Positions 29,903 to 38,570 of a DNA stretch of 64,000 nucleotides are shown here, in pieces (within the stretch, counting starts at the first letter, position 1; each line of letters opens with the position of its first letter). The notes under the pieces are model-generated. The model saw only the letters and a list, made by a program, of their open reading frames with translations, had not been told where the DNA came from and searched no databases. Origin of the DNA: Thermodesulfobacteriota bacterium (GTDB lineage: Bacteria; Desulfobacterota; Desulfobacteria; Desulfobacterales; SURF-7); contig JBMORA010000012.1 of NCBI GenBank assembly GCA_049320885.1, forward strand, positions 88,445 to 152,444, given 5' to 3'. The translations under genes were made by a program, and so were the position numbers.

Positions 29903-30898
29903 TCAATCCGTGTATATTGTTTTCAGGATGTCGTTTCCCACTTCCGTTGTGTAATGAATATGTTCATAGTAGTTATGAACAGTCTCCGTGTATTGGTTCG
30001 TTCCACTATAATCGAAAACGTTTTTATCGCCAAATATTTCGTTTAACACGGACAGGTCGTTTTTATTCAGGGCTTTTTGATCATATAAAGGACTGATAAC
30101 AATTTTGTATTTTGTCTGATGCTTTTTAAAAATTCGATGGATGTCTTTCAGGATATGGATTGCTTCCCGATCGATAAGGTTTCCCGCTACAATTTTATCA
30201 GAAGTTGTTCTGGGGTAGAAAAATTGTCGTTTTTTCCGGTAGTATTCAGAAGGGTTGTTTTTTTGCTCGCTTTCTTGCTCGATCAGGTAGAAGTCATTGG
30301 TTACGGTGTCAATTTCAATTGGATAATTGATTAAGAGATGACCCATATAGGGTCTATATTGTCTATTGATTTTATAGTCAAGGAATCGAAGAAAAAAGAA
30401 ATTGGTAAAATATGCTTTGACATAGACCAGGTGGAATGAAAGTCGGGACGATTCAGTTAACCGTGGATGTTTCACGAATAAGTGGCCTGCTGGAAGCGCT
30501 GAAAAAGAATAATCCGTGTCCAAAATGAGTAAGACATTTTGAAAGTCATCTTTCAGTTCATCGATCAATTTTATCTTGGCATGGATACCATCCAAATTTT
30601 CGCAGGAAGCGGCAAAAACAAACGGTTTTGCAGTTCTTGGAAGGTATTTTTTCCATTCATCGGTGCGGAAGGCTCCCGTGCGGGAGCTTCCAAAAATAAA
30701 AGCATTATACTTATGCAATACCCTGTTTTTTAGAAAAATTTCGGTGGAAATATAATCGCGGTTCAGCGTTACCGCAGTATTTTTATAGTAGTCGGTGTAT
30801 GGATAGAGAACCCGGAAAGGATCGAATATTATATAGGTGGCAAATATGGCGGCAAGCGGTAGAAAGAATAGAATTGTGCGTTTGATGAATCGTTTCAT
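29903..30898 (-). CDS. SGNH-like partner of the second MBOAT
   Basis: TAATG coupling to the MBOAT stop; N-terminal TM then DPF; FIFGSSR and YYEHIHY motifs. Confidence 0.6.
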   Translation of the reverse strand: MKRFIKRTILFFLPLAAIFATYIIFDPFRVLYPYTDYYKNTAVTLNRDYISTEIFLKNRVLHKYNAFIFGSSRTGAFRTDEWKKYLPRTAKPFVFAASCENLDGIHAKIKLIDELKDDFQNVLLILDTDYSFSALPAGHLFVKHPRLTESSRLSFHLVYVKAYFTNFFFLRFLDYKINRQYRPYMGHLLINYPIEIDTVTNDFYLIEQESEQKNNPSEYYRKKRQFFYPRTTSDKIVAGNLIDREAIHILKDIHRIFKKHQTKYKIVISPLYDQKALNKNDLSVLNEIFGDKNVFDYSGTNQYTETVHNYYEHIHYTTEVGNDILKTIYTD

Positions 30899-32334
30899 TA
30901 AAATTGAAAATAAATAAATGACTGTTGCTTGCCGGAGAATTCCAGCAATATCGTGATAGCGCCGTAATACAGCGCCCATCGAAGCGAAGGACTCTTGATA
31001 TTATCAAAATGGAATAAATGCTCTTTTTCACGCTGGAGCCATTCCAGCAGAACAAAGGCGGCAAGGAGGATCAGAAAAAATTCCACATATTCTTCCGGAA
31101 TTGTATAGAAAAGGCTTGGAGAAAGAATGCCTTTGACGTAGGAGACGGCCTGGCCGATGTTTTCCGCCCTGAAAAATATCCAGGCCAGGCACGTGATGAA
31201 AAATGTCATCCCTACCTGTAACAATTCCTTGAAGGAAGGAAACAGGCATCCGGCGGCGACTGTGTCCATATTCGCCCGGTTGGTATTTGTGAGCAGCAAC
31301 GGCAAAAAACAGCAGGCATTGATCAGACCCCACAGGATAAAAGTCCAGTTGGCTCCATGCCAGAAGCCGCTTACCAGGAAGATGATAAACACATTCCGGA
31401 TTTGCAGCCATTGGTTTCCACGGCTGCCGCCCAGGGGAATATAGACATAATCCCGGAACCAGGAGGTCAGGGAAATATGCCAGCGACGCCAGAATTCCGC
31501 CATATCCCTTGAAAAATACGGGAACGCGAAATTTTTCTTGACGTTGAACCCCAGAAGGCCGGCCGTGCCGATGGAGATGTCCGAATACCCGGAAAAATCG
31601 CCGTAAATCTGAAAGGTGAAATATACGGCTCCCAGCAACAGGGTGCTGCCGGAAAGATTCTGGTGATGGGTAAAGATATAATCGGCGTAAACAGCGCAGT
31701 TGTCGGCAATGACGACTTTCTTCAAAAGACCGCCGAGAATCTGGCGCATACCGTCCACTGCCTGGTTATAGTTGAAAACACGCTTGCTTTCAAATTGGCA
31801 TAGAAAATCACGCGCTTTTTCTATGGGACCGGCGAGAATTTGGGGGAAAAAGGCGATGTAGGTGAAATACGCGACGACATCCTTGGTGGGCGATAATTTG
31901 CCACGGTAGATGTCGACTGTATAGCTGATGGTTTTAAATGTATAAAAACTGATGCCAATCGGCAATACGATATTCAATGTCCGGATATCCAGGCGTTTGC
32001 CGAATAGTAAAAAGGAGTCGATGAAGCTGATGATGAAAAAATTGCAATATTTGAAAAAAAACAGGATCCCCAGATTAACGGTGAGACTCGCCAGTAATAA
32101 TCGCTTCCGTTGCACCGGATCAGTCCGGTTGCCCATGAGCGTGCCGATCCAGAAATCCACGCCCGAACTGATGATGATCAGGATCAGAAAACGCCAGTTC
32201 CACCATCCATAAAAAAAATAACTCGCTGCCAACAGCAGCGAGTTTTGGAACCGCGGATGACGGGCGGCGGTAAGCCAGTACAGAATGAAGACAATCGGCA
32301 GAAAGATGGCGAATTCAATTGAATTGAACAGCAT
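30898..32334 (-). CDS. MBOAT family O-acyltransferase (second copy)
   Basis: LPIGISFYTF, QIYGDFSGYSD, EFWRRWHISL, GFWHGANW; C-terminal FIYFQF. Confidence 0.93.
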   Translation of the reverse strand: MLFNSIEFAIFLPIVFILYWLTAARHPRFQNSLLLAASYFFYGWWNWRFLILIIISSGVDFWIGTLMGNRTDPVQRKRLLLASLTVNLGILFFFKYCNFFIISFIDSFLLFGKRLDIRTLNIVLPIGISFYTFKTISYTVDIYRGKLSPTKDVVAYFTYIAFFPQILAGPIEKARDFLCQFESKRVFNYNQAVDGMRQILGGLLKKVVIADNCAVYADYIFTHHQNLSGSTLLLGAVYFTFQIYGDFSGYSDISIGTAGLLGFNVKKNFAFPYFSRDMAEFWRRWHISLTSWFRDYVYIPLGGSRGNQWLQIRNVFIIFLVSGFWHGANWTFILWGLINACCFLPLLLTNTNRANMDTVAAGCLFPSFKELLQVGMTFFITCLAWIFFRAENIGQAVSYVKGILSPSLFYTIPEEYVEFFLILLAAFVLLEWLQREKEHLFHFDNIKSPSLRWALYYGAITILLEFSGKQQSFIYFQF

Positions 32335-32400
32335 GGCGTTGAGACAATCCTTCTGCCGGGTCGTCGCCGAACAAAATCAGCGGTTATGGAATCCTTTCTA

Positions 32401-33924
32401 TTAGGGAGTGATTTGAACCTCATAGCGATACAGCCAAGGGTCTTTTCCTTTCAGCAGCATGATCGGCAGATGAAAGGCGGTATCCGATGGAAAATAGACG
32501 GCCAGACCAGTTGGCAGTACATAAAATCGTTGGTTCAATTCCTTCCCGTTGATCACGATAAACCAGGAACCTTCTTGTTGAGCTGAAAAGGCGAAGTACT
32601 TTTCGTTGGGGCTGAAGCCCATGTGCCGAACGCCGTCATAGGGTCCCAAAAGATTATCATCGATGGCGACGAATTTTTTATCCCCCTTTTCAACGGTATA
32701 GGCGACCCGTTTCCCGGAATTGCTGAAAACCGGTTTCCCGATTCCCTCGAAGGGTTTTCCCTCCTTACCATCCAGGACAAAAACCCGATTCTCATCCTCC
32801 TGTTTCCCGACATAATACAATCGGGAAGTGCCGAGAATAAAATCCGGTCCGATGATGTTTACGTATTGCTTTGGATGCGGTTTGCCGTTTTGGACTACAA
32901 AACTGTTTCCGCTTTCCACCGCCCGGCAGGCAACATGCGCGGAATCCTGGCTGAAAACGATGGTGTCTATGGAATCATATTCGAACAGGGTCTGGCCGTT
33001 GGAAATGAGCCGTTCTCTTCCATCGAAACGCGCGCTGTAGGCATAGCTTTTGGAATCCGGACTGAAGAGGAATTGAATGGCCAGGGATGCGTCCGGCCCC
33101 TTGACCCCGTCAACCACCAGATTCCATTTTTCACCGGAATTGATGCCATAGGCAAAACGGGATGAATCATTGCTGAAAGTCGTCATGCCGATGAAATCTC
33201 CGGTGATGGGCATTTCCACGCCGTCCATGACCACGAAAACGTTTTTGCCGGTTTTGGCGACATAAGACACATGGCTGGAATCCGGACTATACAGAATGGA
33301 ACCGGCCAGGGCGTATTTTTTTTGGGTTTTTAATTTGTTCTCCACGACAAACCAACTGTCGTTATCATAAACGCTGTAGGCGAACCGCTTGGAATCCGGG
33401 CTGAATACAAGATCTTCGATGTGGTTGTATTTGGGACCGATTTTATGATTGATGACAATCACAGCGGCTTTTTGTTGTTTGCCGATGTAGGCGAAATGCT
33501 TTCCATCCGGACTGAACATGAATTTCGCTACATTATCGAATGCCGGTCCTTTCTGGTTATCCACGATTACATACCACTTCTTCCCGTCATAAGCGCTGTA
33601 GGCGGCGCGACTCCCAGTTGAATTGAAAACAGGCGTCCCCTTGGCGATTTTAACCCATACATCGGTGTCCGGCTTGCCGTTGAAGCAGGCGAACATGCCC
33701 TTGTTGTTCTTGGCGACATAGGCGATGTTGCGGCCATCCGGAGTTATGGCCAGTGATGCAGGATACACCTGGATTTGTTCATCCTGTTTTCCAAAGAAGA
33801 CGATTTTTTCAGCGTAATTTTCCGCAACCGCTGGTGGAATCGGGCATACAAAGGAAGCCGAACATGTCGCGAGCAACAACAAAATCCACAGCCGATGGCG
33901 TTCTGCTTTGATTGTCTTTTTCAT
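32401..33924 (-). CDS. Secreted TolB/WD40-like beta-propeller repeat protein
   Basis: Signal-like N-terminus from ATG 33924; repeated FSPDSxxxAY units about 38 aa apart; paralog of 40525-42039. Confidence 0.75.
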   Translation of the reverse strand: MKKTIKAERHRLWILLLLATCSASFVCPIPPAVAENYAEKIVFFGKQDEQIQVYPASLAITPDGRNIAYVAKNNKGMFACFNGKPDTDVWVKIAKGTPVFNSTGSRAAYSAYDGKKWYVIVDNQKGPAFDNVAKFMFSPDGKHFAYIGKQQKAAVIVINHKIGPKYNHIEDLVFSPDSKRFAYSVYDNDSWFVVENKLKTQKKYALAGSILYSPDSSHVSYVAKTGKNVFVVMDGVEMPITGDFIGMTTFSNDSSRFAYGINSGEKWNLVVDGVKGPDASLAIQFLFSPDSKSYAYSARFDGRERLISNGQTLFEYDSIDTIVFSQDSAHVACRAVESGNSFVVQNGKPHPKQYVNIIGPDFILGTSRLYYVGKQEDENRVFVLDGKEGKPFEGIGKPVFSNSGKRVAYTVEKGDKKFVAIDDNLLGPYDGVRHMGFSPNEKYFAFSAQQEGSWFIVINGKELNQRFYVLPTGLAVYFPSDTAFHLPIMLLKGKDPWLYRYEVQITP

Positions 33925-33985
33925 CTGAAAACTCCCGATGGATGTTGCTGAATTAATAAATAGAAAAACCAATCCTGAAAATAGC

Positions 33986-34017
33986 ATTTACATAATGAAT
34001 CCACGCTCTGATGTCAA
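33986..34017 (-). promoter_or_regulatory. Sigma70-type promoter candidate for the beta-propeller gene
   Basis: Minus strand TTGACA-17 bp-TATGTAAAT; perfect -35, weak -10. Confidence 0.35.
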
Positions 34018-34137
34018 TACCGTCTTCATGGGTTGTTTATTGCCTTGATGGTGCCGGCTTTCTTGTCACGCCGATGATCATAACGGATGGACTCCGGAAA
34101 ATCGGATGGATATGAAGAGGGGGGACAAATGGATTGT

Positions 34138-34503
34138 CTACAGTCCGCCAAGCCCGAATGTGGAACCGGTCGCAACGGTCTGAGCGTCATTGATGGCCTG
34201 CTGCACCGCCTGGGGAGGACCAGCGAATTGGGCAATGGTCGCGGCGCCGCCGAGATATAACTGCAAATCGCCGGCTGCCTGCCCGGTTGGTTCGATTGCA
34301 TTGGTATAGTGGAACATCGTGTCCCCGATGGGGCCGGTTGCTACGCCCGCGTCGGATGCATTTTGAGCGTAAATGTTCTCCATCTCCACATCCGACATTT
34401 GTTCCAGGGCGAAGGCGGGGGTGGATAGGAACATCAGGCCGCCGCACAATAAAATGGTCAACAACCTATGGAACTTCCGGCAGTTTTTTATCCATCTGGT
34501 CAT
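34138..34503 (-). CDS. Small secreted protein (121 aa) of unknown function
   Basis: AAGGA RBS; signal peptide ending AFA; mature N-terminus LEQMSDVEMENIYAQ; Ala/Gly/Thr/Gln-rich. Confidence 0.7.
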   Translation of the reverse strand: MTRWIKNCRKFHRLLTILLCGGLMFLSTPAFALEQMSDVEMENIYAQNASDAGVATGPIGDTMFHYTNAIEPTGQAAGDLQLYLGGAATIAQFAGPPQAVQQAINDAQTVATGSTFGLGGL

Positions 34504-34582
34504 ATGACGTTTCCTTGCTGTTCCCTGGGCCCAAATGAAAACAACGTTAAGATGGTTCTGGAGATTAAATACCTCTAACGCT

Positions 34583-34620
34583 TGTAAACGACGTTTACAT
34601 AGTCCATGCTTGTTTGTCAA
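34583..34620 (-). promoter_or_regulatory. Sigma70-type promoter overlapped by a perfect palindromic operator
   Basis: Minus strand TTGACA-17 bp-TAAACG; palindrome TGTAAACG-A-CGTTTACA at 34583-34599. Confidence 0.6.
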
Positions 34621-34684
34621 GAAAAAATTTTCTTTACAATCAATTTTTCTCACAGGGGTGGAACAGCGGGATCAACTGAATTTA

Positions 34685-36445
34685 TCATGGTGCGGATGGG
34701 CGGCATTGCTTGCGGACAAGATTCAGGATGGCGTGTGCCTTTTGCGAATCCGGGTCGATCCGAAGAGCAAACTGAATATTGTCTATGGATTTTCGGCACT
34801 GCCGGAGATGAAAATATAAAATTCCCAGATTGGTATACGCGTCCGTATAATCCGGCCGTATGCGAATGGCCTGGATGTAATGGGCTTCCGCTTCTTCCGT
34901 CCGGCCATTATCCGCTAGCACGTTCGCCAGATTGTTGTGTGCGGAAGCCATGGCGGGTTGCATTTCCAGGGCTGTATGGAAGGAGCGGATGGCGTCGTCC
35001 AGTTTGCCGGAACGCGCCAGGGCGATTCCGAGGTTGTTATGCGCTTCGAAGTAATTCGGCCGGATCCGGATGGACGCCCGGTAATGATCGATTGCGGCGG
35101 AAATATCACCCTGTTTTGCCAGATAGGCTCCCAAAAGATTATGAACGAAATAATTGCCTTCCGTCACGGAAAGAGCGTGCTCGAACAAGGTCCGGCTGTT
35201 TTTCCAGTGGGGCACTTGCAGATATGTGATTGCGGCCAGAATGAAGATGCCGGTAGCCGCCATTGCCGCCTTGATGACCGAATTTTTCAATAAACCGGAA
35301 ACGCCCCACACAACGGCAATGAACAGACCGATCAGCGGGATATAGGCGAAACGATCATTGATGGCCCCCCAAACGCCGGAATAGGTCAGGCCGATGGCCG
35401 GCACAAAAGTGCCAAGAAACCATAACCAGCCGACGATCAGGTAGGGCCTTTTCTTTATTTGGTGAACCGAAAGCAGGGTCACCAGAAAGATCAGCATAAA
35501 GGAACCCAGCAGTTGCCATGGGGGGGGGATCTCCGTTGGATACGGATAGTGGATGGAAAAATGCCGTGGCCATATGGCCTTGCTTATGTATTTTATATAG
35601 GAAACCAGCGCATTCGCCACCCGCAGGGTCAGGGGCGCCTGGTCTCCGGAAACCAGATGGCCAAGCCGCTTCAGTGACATGAGGGTGAGCAGAATCGACA
35701 GCATGGAGAGAGCGAACAGGGGAATTTTTTCTTTAACAAGGCGAAAAACCGTCGGCAGGTAAGAGGAAGCAGCTGATTGGTCCAGTTGTATTACAGGGGA
35801 GAGAGGGTATGGTTTCAGGCGGCCGAGGGGCCAATAATCCAGCAGCAGCAACAAGAACGGAAGCGTAATCAACAAGGGTTTCGCCATGCTGCCACATATA
35901 AAACATACCAGAATAACAAGATATCTCTTTTTTGTCGGCGTCCTGACATAGAAGGCGTAGGATAGCAGGGTCAGCATCCAGAAAAAGGCGCTGAGGACAT
36001 TTTTTCGCTCGGCAATCCAGGCGACGGAATCGACATTGATGGGATGAACGGAAAACAACAAAGCCGCGGCCAGGCTCCTGAAAGGTGAGCCGGTGGTTTC
36101 CAGTAGAAAGAAAAACAGCAGGAGACCATTGACGATATGGATGGAAAGGCTGGTGAGATGGTGCCAACCGGGGTTCAGGCCGAAAAGGCTGCAATCGATC
36201 ATATGGGAGATCCAGGCCAGCGGAAGCCAGTAATCCGCATTGTTGAAACGGAAGGCCCAGGAAATGTTTTCAATCGTCACGCCTTGCCGGATACGGGAAT
36301 TTTCCGTCACATAGGCATTATCGTCCAAATCTATGAATTCGTTTTTGCTTATATGCCAGTACGTTGTGGCGGGCAGAAACACCAGCAGGCAGATCAACAG
36401 AATGGTTCTGCGGATTTGAAATGCGGTTTTCATTGCTTTTGTCAT
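34685..36445 (-). CDS. TMTC-like membrane protein: GT-C domain plus C-terminal TPR repeats
   Basis: LDDNAYV (DD motif), HPINVDSVAWIAERKNVL, DRFAYIP, then TPRs (AHNNLG, AHNNLA, AYTNLG); start 36445 or 36433. Confidence 0.8.
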   Translation of the reverse strand: MTKAMKTAFQIRRTILLICLLVFLPATTYWHISKNEFIDLDDNAYVTENSRIRQGVTIENISWAFRFNNADYWLPLAWISHMIDCSLFGLNPGWHHLTSLSIHIVNGLLLFFFLLETTGSPFRSLAAALLFSVHPINVDSVAWIAERKNVLSAFFWMLTLLSYAFYVRTPTKKRYLVILVCFICGSMAKPLLITLPFLLLLLDYWPLGRLKPYPLSPVIQLDQSAASSYLPTVFRLVKEKIPLFALSMLSILLTLMSLKRLGHLVSGDQAPLTLRVANALVSYIKYISKAIWPRHFSIHYPYPTEIPPPWQLLGSFMLIFLVTLLSVHQIKKRPYLIVGWLWFLGTFVPAIGLTYSGVWGAINDRFAYIPLIGLFIAVVWGVSGLLKNSVIKAAMAATGIFILAAITYLQVPHWKNSRTLFEHALSVTEGNYFVHNLLGAYLAKQGDISAAIDHYRASIRIRPNYFEAHNNLGIALARSGKLDDAIRSFHTALEMQPAMASAHNNLANVLADNGRTEEAEAHYIQAIRIRPDYTDAYTNLGILYFHLRQCRKSIDNIQFALRIDPDSQKAHAILNLVRKQCRPSAP

Positions 36446-36464
36446 GTAGATCGGTAAGAAGTGT

Positions 36465-36502
36465 TTGACAAGCTGTTTTTTTTTATGTAAACAACGTTTA
36501 TG
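36465..36502 (+). promoter_or_regulatory. Sigma70-type promoter with imperfect copy of the same operator; T9 run in the spacer
   Basis: TTGACA(36465)-17 bp-TAAACA; TGTAAACAACGTTTATG at 36486-36502. Confidence 0.55.
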
Positions 36503-36564
36503 TTTGGGAATGCTGATATTGTGAGTATGTGCCTTTTTTTTAACCACAGGGAAAGCACCTGGTT

Positions 36565-38352
36565 ATGATGGCGTTGATCAGGCGTACGATATATATTGGG
36601 GTGGTCATGGGGCTGCTGTTTTTTTCCTGCAGCAGCGACGATTCTCCGGAAACAAGCCAACCGGCGGATTTCAGCGGCACGGGCCGGATCGCCTTCAGCG
36701 GCAGATGGGTTACATCGGGAGTCGACTACAATTTCGTTGATGCCGTGGTCTATGATCAGGATAATCATCTGCTCCGCGAAAAGCTCCAGATCATGAAATG
36801 GCAGGAATCGGCAATCGATGAGATTCCGGCCGGTAAAAACCGGACCCTGGTTATCTATGGCAAGGGCGGCACCGGACAAATCATCTTCCGCAGTGTCCGA
36901 AAGGGACTGAGCGTTGCCACCGGCAAGACCACCACCGTGGCCTCCATGGTGGAGACCTCTTTCATTCCCAAATCGATTGCTCCGGTCACCGGTACGGAGT
37001 TCAATGTCAGGGCCTTTACCCTGGAATGGGAACCGGTGGCGGGAGCCGTCCAATACCGGGTAGCGGTGAGCGGGCTCTTCGACACGTACACCGAGGAAAC
37101 GACATATTCCTACGAAGAAACGGAACCGGCGGCAGCGCCGGTTTCCAATGGAACCAACTCGGCGGATATCTATCTCTTCCCTGATACTGGGCAATTGAAG
37201 CGATACGACTTACAATCGAAATTCAGTGAAGACAACCCGAATCTCCTATGGTCCGGCGAGGACAGCTGCTACAACAAGGCGGAACGGCAACAAAGCTATT
37301 CCATGCTGGATATCTACGGAAATCCTTGCGGTGGCAGGGCCAGTTACATTTGGAACGTGTGGGCCATTGACGAATTCGGCAAGGCGAGTCAGAACACCAC
37401 GGAAAGTTTCGAGGTGGTGTGCGCCATGTTGAAGGACAATGTCACCGGCCTGGTATGGCAGATGAAAACCGATGACGATTCCATACATGACAAACACAAT
37501 CGCTATACATGGCCCCAAGCCCAGGCTTGTATTGAGCAATTGAACTCCACGAAGTTCGGCGGCAGCATCCAGCCGCTGGAATGGCGTCTGCCGACCATCA
37601 AGGATCTGGCGACGATCGTGAACTGCCATGTTTTCGAACCGCCGACGGTCATCGCCACATATTTCCGGAATATGATGTCATATCCGTATTGGTCATCAAC
37701 CGATTATCAAAGCACTGGCGGAACGGACGCCTGGATATTGGATTTTGAGAGCGGTGATACCGGTCACCATGCCAAGGAGGTTCCGATGAGGGAGCCGGAA
37801 ATCTATCTGATGGCGGTAAGCGGCGCTCCTCAACTCGGAGATCCGTTTGTCAAGAATCAGGACGGCACCATCACCGATAAGATCAGCGGCCTGACGTGGA
37901 TGCAGCCTCCGCTGCCGCAACCCATGGAATGGGCGGCCGCTCTGGCTTTCTGCGAATATCTGAAGTTATGGGGCAATGGTGATGGTGACTACTATTGGTC
38001 GACGATGATTGGCGGAAAAACCATGATTTTCGCGGAAGGCAAATGGCAGGAGCGCGACAAGGAATTTTTTCTGCCAGGGGATTTTTCCGTTGTTAACGAT
38101 GATTGGCGTCTCCCCGACCGGAATGAATTGATGTCGGTGGTGGATTACAACCGAACGGATCCGGCCGTGGATACAAACTATTTCTCCGGCGTGACCGCAT
38201 CAGACTATTGGAGTTCGACCACCGTTTCCTTTACGGACTATACGTCCAATGCCTGGGTCGTGGATTTCCGGGACGGCAGGATCACCAGTAGCGATAAGGA
38301 CGATTCCAACAACCATTGCCTCGTATTGCCGGTGCGGGATACCAAACAGTAA
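36565..38352 (+). CDS. Lipoprotein with two DUF1566 (Lcl C-terminal) domains
   Basis: Lipobox-like FFSC; PDTGQ...GEDS; twice D..(T/S)GLxW...WRLP...YWSST...AWxxDF. Confidence 0.85.
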   Translation: MMALIRRTIYIGVVMGLLFFSCSSDDSPETSQPADFSGTGRIAFSGRWVTSGVDYNFVDAVVYDQDNHLLREKLQIMKWQESAIDEIPAGKNRTLVIYGKGGTGQIIFRSVRKGLSVATGKTTTVASMVETSFIPKSIAPVTGTEFNVRAFTLEWEPVAGAVQYRVAVSGLFDTYTEETTYSYEETEPAAAPVSNGTNSADIYLFPDTGQLKRYDLQSKFSEDNPNLLWSGEDSCYNKAERQQSYSMLDIYGNPCGGRASYIWNVWAIDEFGKASQNTTESFEVVCAMLKDNVTGLVWQMKTDDDSIHDKHNRYTWPQAQACIEQLNSTKFGGSIQPLEWRLPTIKDLATIVNCHVFEPPTVIATYFRNMMSYPYWSSTDYQSTGGTDAWILDFESGDTGHHAKEVPMREPEIYLMAVSGAPQLGDPFVKNQDGTITDKISGLTWMQPPLPQPMEWAAALAFCEYLKLWGNGDGDYYWSTMIGGKTMIFAEGKWQERDKEFFLPGDFSVVNDDWRLPDRNELMSVVDYNRTDPAVDTNYFSGVTASDYWSSTTVSFTDYTSNAWVVDFRDGRITSSDKDDSNNHCLVLPVRDTKQ

Positions 38353-38570
38353 TAAAAGTCATTCCACAACCTTCCCTATCATCGGATTTCTTCGCATGCC
38401 GCTGCCCGGAAACTGAAGCCGCTCTCCACGCGGTGGTTACTCACCCATCAAGTTTGAATTGTATTTCAAAAGATGCTTTGGTATGGAAAAGCAAACCGTT
38501 TACCGGCGCAGCGGAAGGAATCCATGGCGGATTTACGATGATGAACGCCGGCCTGAAGAGATAACCTGCG

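Noticed and set aside
21313..33323. Several A8/T8-T9 runs in coding regions as phase-variation sites
   Set aside because: Expected from Phe/Lys codons in AT-rich membrane-protein genes; all frames intact
36565..38352. Complete diversity-generating retroelement
   Set aside because: No reverse transcriptase, Avd or template repeat seen in the window
38479..38493. Sigma54-like TGGTATGGAAAAGCA before moxR
   Set aside because: GG-to-GC spacing is 9, not the required 10
38490..38560. c-di-GMP-I riboswitch-like words (GCAAACC...GGCCTGAA) before moxR
   Set aside because: Lacks the GNRA-capped P2 and GACGCAAAGC core; only a modest CCGGCG/CGCCGG stem
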